A DNA stretch of 32,000 nt from an archaeon (GTDB taxonomy: Archaea > Iainarchaeota > Iainarchaeia > Iainarchaeales > 1-14-0-10-31-34): NCBI GenBank assembly GCA_024277355.1, contig JAJRVL010000011.1:60001-92000 (forward strand). The letters are read 5' to 3'. This document shows positions 1 through 6,844 of this stretch, piece after piece. The notes below the pieces were generated by a model that ran no database searches, was not told where the DNA came from, and saw only the letters and a program-made list of their open reading frames with translations. A program made the translations under genes and the position numbers. Every line of letters begins with the position of its first letter. Position 1 is the first letter of the stretch.

Positions 1-609
1 ATCCATCCTGATGCTGAATTATCAGAATTAATTGACCCAAAAAGAGGCATTGACTTAAAGATATTAAGATATTTAGAAGAACTTCCAAAAGAACAGTTTA
101 CTGCATTGCTTTTAGTTGAACCAACAAATTACTCTAAAATAAACTATGAATTATTAAGGCTTTTAATAAACCATACAAAAGGAAAAGGAATATATGTAAC
201 TTTAAATCGTGCTTATGAATTTGTAGAAGAAACACTAAAAAAAGAAAAAATTGATACAGAACAAATAGTTTTCATTGATGCAATAAGCAAAGGAACAGGA
301 AAAAACATTGTATCCAGAGAAAACGTTGAATACATTGAATCCCCAAGAGATTTAACTGCATTAAGTGTAATATTAGATGAAACATACCAGAAAATGACAG
401 AAAAACCAAAATTTATGGTGTTTGATTCAATCAGCACTTTATTGATTTACAATGATGTTTCTTCAGTTGAAAGATTTACTCATTTAATTATAGGAAAATT
501 AAGGGAATGGCGGATGAAAGGAGTATTATTAATGGTTAAATCAGAAGAACACAGAGGAGTAGTTAATTCATTAAGCCAGTTCTGCGACAGAATTCTTGAA
601 ATAATATAA
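1..609 (+). CDS. Degenerate RecA/KaiC-fold (DUF835-like) domain protein; 5' end lies outside the window
   Basis: Frame 1 is open from base 1 (IHPDAELSELIDPKRGIDLKILRYLEEL...), so the TTG at 106 in the ORF track is probably internal. It has a Walker-B-like strand FMVFDSISTLLIYN but no GxxxxGK[ST] P-loop. It is colinear by eye with the 28769..29377 product (IVFIDAISKG vs IYFVDCVSKS; DSISTLLIYN vs DSINTLLIYN; SQFCDRILE vs SQFSDKIIE). Confidence 0.6.
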   Translation: MHPDAELSELIDPKRGIDLKILRYLEELPKEQFTALLLVEPTNYSKINYELLRLLINHTKGKGIYVTLNRAYEFVEETLKKEKIDTEQIVFIDAISKGTGKNIVSRENVEYIESPRDLTALSVILDETYQKMTEKPKFMVFDSISTLLIYNDVSSVERFTHLIIGKLREWRMKGVLLMVKSEEHRGVVNSLSQFCDRILEII

Positions 610-625
610 AAATCAAAAACAGAAA

Positions 626-1204
626 CTATAAATCAAAAACAAAATTCTTTTTCACTGAATTAAAAGGAAAAGCAGTTAATTCAACAAACAATTTTTTTTC
701 TTTAACTTCAAAGAAAAAATTATAATCCATCATTTTTTTTATATTCATTAAAACAGCATTATCATGCAGTCTTTCATCAATAAAACACACAACTGAATAA
801 TTCAGTTCTTTTGCTTTTCTTGTTTCAAAAAACAAAAAAGAATAAACTGCATTAGAAGGATTAAATGAAAGTAAAGAAGACAAAGAATCAAATAATAAAA
901 TTCCTTTGTTTTCTTTTTTGCCTTGAACTGAATGAATTGAAGAAGAAATTTCAGGAAGAGAAAACCCTTCAATTTCAACTGCTTTTTTTCCAAAACCATA
1001 TTTTGATATAACAAAAAAGTCATCCATTAAAGAAGAATAATTTGATGGATTAAATAAAACTAAAATGTTTTTTTGGTTTTTGTTTTTTTTAAACATTAAT
1101 TCAATTAGTTTTTTTGCCTGAACTGACTTTCCGGAAAACATAATGCTTGAATTAGGCTTTACTCCTAATAAATCAAAAGAAAAATTCATAATAAAAAAAC
1201 ACAT
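626..1204 (-). CDS. Degenerate RecA/KaiC-like protein
   Basis: 192-aa ORF with a remnant P-loop-like segment IMFSGKSVQAKK and a Walker-B-like strand GILLFDSLSSLLSFN. An alternative ATG lies at 1189 (MNFSFDLLG...). It starts 16 nt downstream of the coiled-coil gene on the same strand. Confidence 0.5.
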   Translation of the reverse strand: MCFFIMNFSFDLLGVKPNSSIMFSGKSVQAKKLIELMFKKNKNQKNILVLFNPSNYSSLMDDFFVISKYGFGKKAVEIEGFSLPEISSSIHSVQGKKENKGILLFDSLSSLLSFNPSNAVYSFLFFETRKAKELNYSVVCFIDERLHDNAVLMNIKKMMDYNFFFEVKEKKLFVELTAFPFNSVKKNFVFDL

Positions 1205-1220
1205 TAAGCAAATAAAAGGT

Positions 1221-2528
1221 TTATTGCTTAAAAGAAATAATTTTGCCTGAAAACTCTGAAAGTTTTTCTTTTAAAGAGTCAGTTAAAGATAAAATTTCAT
1301 CTGAAATTTTTTTTGAGTTATTTTGCTGTCTTGCAAGTTCTTTTTCTGAATTCTGCTTTGAATTATTCAAAGAAATTATTTCTTCTTCTAAAGAAGAAAT
1401 TTTACCTGAAATTTCAGATAAACTGATTTTTCTTTCTATTTCATTAAGTGATTTCTCTGTTTCAGAAAATTCATTAAACATTAAATCAAAATTATATTCA
1501 GTTAATTCATTTAAAACAGCTGTTTTTTTTATTTTTTCTTTTTCTTTTAATGAAATTTTTCCTTCAGAAATTAATTCCTGAATATAAGAAAAAATTTTTT
1601 TTAAGATTAATGCATTATTGTCTTTTTTTAATGCAAGAAAAGGATTTGAAAGATAAGCTTCTAAAAGAGATTTTTCTTCTGGTTTAAGCAAAAAATTCTT
1701 TGATTCAGATAACTTGCTTAAAACTTTCATGGATTTTTCAATTGGAAAAAGAAGTTGAATTAATTTTGTTTTAGTTTCCTGTTTTTTATGGATTAAAACG
1801 CTTTTTTCTTCAAAAAAAGATTTCAGTTCTGCTGCTTCAGGAGAAAGTTTTAATGAATCTAATCTTTCCTGTAATTCAGTTATTTTTTTATTTAAATCAT
1901 TATTTCTTTTTTTTATTTCTGTTTCAGATAAAACAGAAGCAGAATTCAATTCATTTTTTTTCTTTAATTCAGTAAATTCTTCTTTTATTTCTGAAAGCAG
2001 TAAAATTTGTTTTTTTGAATCAAATAATTTTTTTAATTCAGTGAAAACTGAATTTAATTCATTTATTTTTTCTCCTAATTTTTTCACTGAATCTTTTAAG
2101 ACAATTCCAGTGTAAGCAATATTTCTTCCAAAAGAATTAATTTCAGATTCAAGTAATTTTAATGAGTTAATACAGTAAGTATTTAATTCAATAAAATCAT
2201 TAGAAGAAACAGGAGTTAACTTTGAAATCAAAGGATTCATTTTACTGATTAATGTTTTCTTGCTTGTCAAAACAATTCTTCTTAATTTAGGGTTTCCTTT
2301 GTCTTCTTCTATTTTTTCTTTTTCTAAGTCATTTAAAATTAAATCTAATTCTCTGATTAAATGCTTGATTTCAGCTAACTTAGAAAAAATTTCTTTTGAA
2401 ATTTCATTGAATTCTTTTAAATAAAATTCCTCTGCAAAAGAAACAGAATTATTTAATTCAATAATTAACTCTTCTTTTTTTGGTTTTATTGCTTCTTTTT
2501 TTCCAAAAATTTTATCTAAAAAACTCAT
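1221..2528 (-). CDS. Long coiled-coil protein (E/K/L/S/N-rich), function unknown
   Basis: The ORF track gives 1221..2645, but its first 39 codons overlap the 3' end of the GNAT gene. The ATG at 2528 gives MSFLDKIFGKKEAIKPKKEE... (435 aa). The sequence is heptad-like and low-complexity throughout. Confidence 0.6.
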   Translation of the reverse strand: MSFLDKIFGKKEAIKPKKEELIIELNNSVSFAEEFYLKEFNEISKEIFSKLAEIKHLIRELDLILNDLEKEKIEEDKGNPKLRRIVLTSKKTLISKMNPLISKLTPVSSNDFIELNTYCINSLKLLESEINSFGRNIAYTGIVLKDSVKKLGEKINELNSVFTELKKLFDSKKQILLLSEIKEEFTELKKKNELNSASVLSETEIKKRNNDLNKKITELQERLDSLKLSPEAAELKSFFEEKSVLIHKKQETKTKLIQLLFPIEKSMKVLSKLSESKNFLLKPEEKSLLEAYLSNPFLALKKDNNALILKKIFSYIQELISEGKISLKEKEKIKKTAVLNELTEYNFDLMFNEFSETEKSLNEIERKISLSEISGKISSLEEEIISLNNSKQNSEKELARQQNNSKKISDEILSLTDSLKEKLSEFSGKIISFKQ

Positions 2529-2571
2529 ATAAAAAAATAAAAGATTAGAAAGAATTAAACGGTTATGCAAA

Positions 2572-3009
2572 TTAAATGCTTTTTTCCATTCTAATATGTT
2601 TGATTCCGGTTGGTTTAGTAATAAAATAATCTCCAACTGGAACATAACCTATTTTTTTGTAAAAACCAACTGCATAATCTCTTGCAATAACAAAAATTTT
2701 GTTCTTATTTTTTTCTTTTGCTTTTTTATGCAGAAATTCAATTAATTTTGAACCAATTCCTTTTCTTTCATGGTCTACATCAGTTAAAATTTTGTCAATT
2801 TCCGCTGAATTGTCTTTGTAAACAGTTAATCTTGCAGTTCCAACAATTTTTTTTAATTCATCATCAAAAGCAATAACAAATTCACTTAAAGATTCTTTTC
2901 CGTCTTTTTCACTTCCTTTAGGCAAACCCAAAGGTTTGCGCAGCATTTTCCACATTAACAAAAACATTTCTTCAAATTCATTTTTTTCAGGAGTTCTTAT
3001 TTCAATCAT
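2572..3009 (-). CDS. GNAT-family N-acetyltransferase
   Basis: 145 aa. Carries the acetyl-CoA-binding motif A (HERKGIGSKLIEFLHKKA) followed by ARDYAVGFYKKIGY. Size and motif order are typical of GNAT enzymes. Confidence 0.8.
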   Translation of the reverse strand: MIEIRTPEKNEFEEMFLLMWKMLRKPLGLPKGSEKDGKESLSEFVIAFDDELKKIVGTARLTVYKDNSAEIDKILTDVDHERKGIGSKLIEFLHKKAKEKNKNKIFVIARDYAVGFYKKIGYVPVGDYFITKPTGIKHIRMEKSI

Positions 3010-3025
3010 GTTTTCAACAAAAAAA

Positions 3026-3349
3026 TTAAATTTTATTTAACTTAAACAATTCTGCAAAAATATCTGCTAAAATTTTAGTTTTGGCATATTGAACAGTAAA
3101 ACGGGCTTTTTTAAGTGCATTTGCCTGCTTCTGCAAAAACTCATAAAAAAAAGTTAATTGACGGTTATTTTTCTGCATCTTTACTGGAATTGACTTAAAA
3201 ACCAATTCACTTAATTGATTTTTTACTGCTTGTCTTTGTTTTCCTCCTTCCATTGTAATATAAGTAGCTAACAAAGACTTTTTTGAAGTCAAAGAAAGTC
3301 TTTTAGTTAAATTGCGAAAAATTTCTTTATTTCTTAATTCAGCACGCAT
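3026..3349 (-). CDS. Basic helical hypothetical protein (conservative ATG start)
   Basis: 107-aa ORF. The same frame stays open upstream to 3415 (KKAKTKKIKPIIKISVEKQVQ-MRAEL...). See the mini-ORF at 3388..3450. Confidence 0.5.
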   Translation of the reverse strand: MRAELRNKEIFRNLTKRLSLTSKKSLLATYITMEGGKQRQAVKNQLSELVFKSIPVKMQKNNRQLTFFYEFLQKQANALKKARFTVQYAKTKILADIFAELFKLNKI

Positions 3350-3387
3350 TTGAACTTGTTTTTCAACTGAAATTTTAATTATTGGCT

Positions 3388-3450
3388 TTATTTTTTTAGT
3401 TTTCGCTTTCTTTTTTTAACTCCAATTATAGGTTTACTTCTTTTAAGCAT
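3388..3450 (-). other. 20-codon mini-ORF MLKRSKPIIGVKKRKRKLKK* ending in A7 followed by TAA; the -1 frame runs on into the 3026..3349 gene
   Basis: The minus-sense sequence reads atg ctt aaa aga agt aaa cct ata att gga gtt aaa aaa aga aag cga aaa cta aaa aaa taa. Shifting -1 on the A7 run (plus-strand T7 at 3391..3397) gives ata aag cca ata att aaa..., which is the frame of the downstream ORF. The N-terminus resembles MPKRKKPIEG of the 28470..28673 product. Confidence 0.45.
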
Positions 3451-3512
3451 ATAATACTTATAAATTTCAGGCTTTAAAAAATTAACATAAAAAGGTTAAG
3501 CCTTAAGAAACA

Positions 3513-4925
3513 ATGAAAAAAATAGTTTTTATGGACTTTGAAGAACTAAAAAAAAGAAACCAGTTAATAGCAGAAGAAATCAAAAAAAGAAATAATTTTG
3601 TTATAGTTAACCATCATGATGCAGATGGATTATGTTCCGGAGCAATAATTGCAAAAGCATTAGAAAGAGAAAACAAAAAATTCAATCAGATTACAGCAAA
3701 ACAACTTTATTCTGATACAATAAGAGAAATTAAAAATTCAGGAGAAAACTATATTTTTGTTGACTTTGGTTCAGGCCAATTAAATTTGCTTGAAGAAATG
3801 CTTGAAAAAAACTATTTTGTAATAGACCACCATCAGCCAGTAAAATCTGATTACTTATTTCATTCAAATCCTTTTTTGTTTGGGTTTGACGGAGGCAAAG
3901 AAGTTTCAGGAGCAGGAATGACTTATTTTTTAGCAAAAGAATTAAATGAAAAAAACAAGGATTTAAGTGCATTAGCAATTGTTGGAGCAGTAGGAGACAT
4001 GCAGGATTATGAAGGCGAATTAACCGGATTAAACCGAAAAATTTTAGCTGATGCAGAAGAAATGAAATTAATAAAAAAAGAAAAAGATTTGAGGTTATAT
4101 GGAAAAATTTCAAGGCCTTTAACTCAGTTTCTTTCTTTTTCTTCTAATCCAATTTTTCCCGGCTTAGCAGCAAATGACAAAGCATGCGTTGACTTTATTT
4201 TAAATTCAGGAATTGAATTAAAAGAAAAAAATGCATGGAAAACTTATTCAGATTTAACTAAAGAAGAAAAAAAAACTTTTACTTCAAATTTAATTGTTTA
4301 TTCAATTGAAAATGGTTTCAGTGAATGGAAAGCACAAAATATTATTGGAGAAACATACACTTTACTGAAAGAAAACCCAAAAAGCCCTTTAAGAGATGCA
4401 AAAGAGTTTGCTACACTTCTTAATTCCTGCGGAAGACACGGAGAAGCACATATAGGCTTAAAAGTCTGCATGGGAGACAGAATCAACGCATACCAAAATG
4501 CAATGGAATTATTATTAGAACATAAAAGACAGTTAAGAGCAGGAATTGAATGGGTTCATGAACAGGGATTAACAGAAGAAAAAGCATTTTATTTTTTTGA
4601 TGCAGAAGAAAACATAAAAGAAGAAATTGTAGGAATAATTGCAGGAATGCTTTATGGTTCAAATTTAGTTAGCCAAAAAAAACCAATAATTGCTTTTGCA
4701 AGACAAAAAGACGGATTAATTAAAGTTAGTGCAAGAGCAACAGATGATTTAATTAGAAAAGGATTAAATTTAGGAAAAATTTTAAGAGAAACCTGCATGG
4801 AATTAGGTTCTGATGCAGAAGGCGGAGGCCATAAAATTGCAGCAGGATGCAGAATTAATTTATGGCAGCAGAATTCATTTAAAGAAAAATTAAATAAAAA
4901 AATAGCTGACAGCATTAAAATCTGA
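3513..4925 (+). CDS. RecJ-like DHH/DHHA1 phosphoesterase (archaeal RecJ/GAN-type nuclease)
   Basis: 470 aa. DHH-family motifs appear in order: VNHHDADGLCSGA, IFVDFGSG, VIDHHQP, GAVGDMQD, and the DHHA1 motif GGGHKIAAG near the C-terminus. Confidence 0.85.
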   Translation: MKKIVFMDFEELKKRNQLIAEEIKKRNNFVIVNHHDADGLCSGAIIAKALERENKKFNQITAKQLYSDTIREIKNSGENYIFVDFGSGQLNLLEEMLEKNYFVIDHHQPVKSDYLFHSNPFLFGFDGGKEVSGAGMTYFLAKELNEKNKDLSALAIVGAVGDMQDYEGELTGLNRKILADAEEMKLIKKEKDLRLYGKISRPLTQFLSFSSNPIFPGLAANDKACVDFILNSGIELKEKNAWKTYSDLTKEEKKTFTSNLIVYSIENGFSEWKAQNIIGETYTLLKENPKSPLRDAKEFATLLNSCGRHGEAHIGLKVCMGDRINAYQNAMELLLEHKRQLRAGIEWVHEQGLTEEKAFYFFDAEENIKEEIVGIIAGMLYGSNLVSQKKPIIAFARQKDGLIKVSARATDDLIRKGLNLGKILRETCMELGSDAEGGGHKIAAGCRINLWQQNSFKEKLNKKIADSIKI

Positions 4926-4966
4926 AAAAGGAAAAGCAAATAAATGTCTAATGCTTAAATAATTTA

Positions 4967-6216
4967 ATGCCAAAAAGAAAATATACTCCTGGACCAAAAA
5001 AAATTACTGTTCAAAAAAAATAATAACAGAAACAGAATACTGGAAATTAATTAAACAGGGAAAAAGAATTCCTGCAGGAGCAGAAGTAAAACCAAGAAAA
5101 GTCGGAGAAACAACTTTAGGAAAATTAAAAATAAGGTTTCATGCGGACGGTTCAATTGAAATTCCAAAATATACAGGAAAAGAAGGCAAACTAAAAAAAA
5201 GCACGCTTAGAACAAAAACAATTCCAGAAGGAGTAAGACTAATTTATCATCAAATAGAATCAGTTAAAACAAGAATTGGACAGGCAAAAGAAATTTCAAA
5301 TACAGTTTCAAGAATGCATTATGACTTAGAACATCAATGGAAAAAATTCAATCCCGCACAAAAAAAATCTTATACAAAATATCTAACAGAGCTGCTTGGA
5401 AAATTAACAAAAAACCCGCTTTTATTAAAAGAAGAAAACAAAATTCGTGCAGTTCAAAGATTTAACAATGCAAAGCAATTATTAGAAAAAGGAAATTTCC
5501 CTGCTGCTTCAGCTGTTTTAAGAGGAATAGAAAATGATATGCAGAACTGGTTAAGAAAAATGAAACTGCAAAGCACAAGACTTGAAAGAAGAAGAAGTTT
5601 AGTTGTGGATAAAAAATTCCAGAAAGATGAAAGAATTTTTTCTGCATTAGATTCAATGATTAATGTGTTTAATCAGTTAAGACAGGGAATTGAACCAAGA
5701 GCAAGGCAAAGGGTTGCTGGAACTCTTTCTTCAATTAAAAGAAAATTGTTTGCAACAGGGTTGTCAAAATTTAAAAGTGCAGGAATAATTATTGAAAAAG
5801 CAGCTGAATTAGTTAAAAAAGGAGAAATAACAAAAGCAAGAAGTTATATAAAAAATGCAAACAAAAAAACAGTTGCTGCTGCTTCAGAGATTTCTTCTAT
5901 TTATCCTGATAAATTGATGAGAATTGGAAAAAGCACAGATTTAAAATTTAAAACAACCGTTTTAGCAAATCAAACTTTATTGTTTCACGATATGATGAGT
6001 TTATGGTGGATTCCAAAAAACAAGGCAAAAAAAAAATTAATTTTAGAAACAATAACAGAACTTTCATCTTTAGCTGAAAGCACAGGAAAAAAAGAAGTAA
6101 GCAGAATTATTTTAAATGCAAAAATACAATTAACAGAAAATAAAATACAGGTATTTACTGAACTGTTTGAAAAAGCTTTAAATAAATTAGAATCAAAAAA
6201 ACAGAAACACAAATAA
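4967..6216 (+). CDS. Hypothetical basic/helical protein, contiguous only with a -1 shift in the A8 run at 5013..5020
   Basis: The ATG at 4967 opens MPKRKYTPGPKKITVQKK, then taa taa (5021..5026). The -1 frame is open from 4963 and reads IITETEYWKLIKQGKRIPAGAEVKPRKVGETTLGKL... for about 100 codons with no ATG/GTG/TTG before the ORF-track start at 5314. Combined length is about 416 aa. Confidence 0.5.
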
Positions 6217-6238
6217 ACTTTTAATGCTTAATTTATTT

Positions 6239-6796
6239 ATGCCGAGAATTCCCATTAAAAAAAGAAGAATTGTTCCTGCAAAAAAATCTGGAAAAATCCT
6301 GATTAGCGGAAACAAAGGAACTGAATATTTAAATAAATATACTTCTGCAAGGCTTACAAAACAAACTAAAAATACTTTAATAAAACTTGCAAAAAGAAAA
6401 CCTAAATTATTTGAACAAAAATATTCAAAAACAAGATTAAATTATCAGGCACTTTTTGCCAGAACAATAAAAACATTAAAAAAACACGGAATTGAAGTGG
6501 ACTTTAAAGAATTAAAACACGAAGATGAAATTACCTGGGGGCATAACCACAGGCATATTAGAGGAATTTATACTAAAACAGCTGAAAAACAAAAAGTCCA
6601 AATGTGGAAGACTGCTGAAAAAATAATGAAAAACGCTGAAAAACAAATAGTGGTGGCTGAATTATATTTGAAAACATTTTTAGAGATTGCAAAAAGCAAT
6701 GGAACAACACTTCAGGAATTTCCATCAGATATTGAATCAGGATTTAAAATAATTTCAAAGTATATTAGAAAACAAGGAGAAACTCTTATTTACTAA
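6239..6796 (+). CDS. Hypothetical basic protein whose N-terminus is paralogous to neighbouring genes
   Basis: The ORF track starts at 6224 (MLNLF-MPRIPIKK...). The ATG at 6239 gives MPRIPIKKRRIVPAKKSGKILISGNKGTEYL, resembling KRIPAGAEVKPRKVGETTL (5065 region) and KRSPAGAFGKKPTHGTEL (31308 gene). A His cluster WGHNHRHIRG is present. Confidence 0.55.
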   Translation: MPRIPIKKRRIVPAKKSGKILISGNKGTEYLNKYTSARLTKQTKNTLIKLAKRKPKLFEQKYSKTRLNYQALFARTIKTLKKHGIEVDFKELKHEDEITWGHNHRHIRGIYTKTAEKQKVQMWKTAEKIMKNAEKQIVVAELYLKTFLEIAKSNGTTLQEFPSDIESGFKIISKYIRKQGETLIY

Positions 6797-6844
6797 AAAC
6801 CTAAATAAATAAATTTAAATCAAGTTAATTTCTAATTGAAAAAG

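Noticed and set aside
2529-2645. N-terminal 39 codons of the ORF-track version of the coiled-coil gene (MFQLEIILLLNQPESNILEWKK...).
   Set aside because: This stretch overlaps the 3' end of the GNAT coding sequence on the same strand and has atypical composition. The ATG at 2528 gives a clean intergenic gap and a sensible N-terminus.
2572-3349. GNAT plus upstream small gene as a GNAT-toxin/RHH-antitoxin (TacT/TacA-like) module.
   Set aside because: The GNAT resembles ordinary small-molecule or protein acetyltransferases (ElaA/YjcF style). The upstream product shows no RHH/DUF1778-like pattern and belongs to the basic N-terminus family described above.
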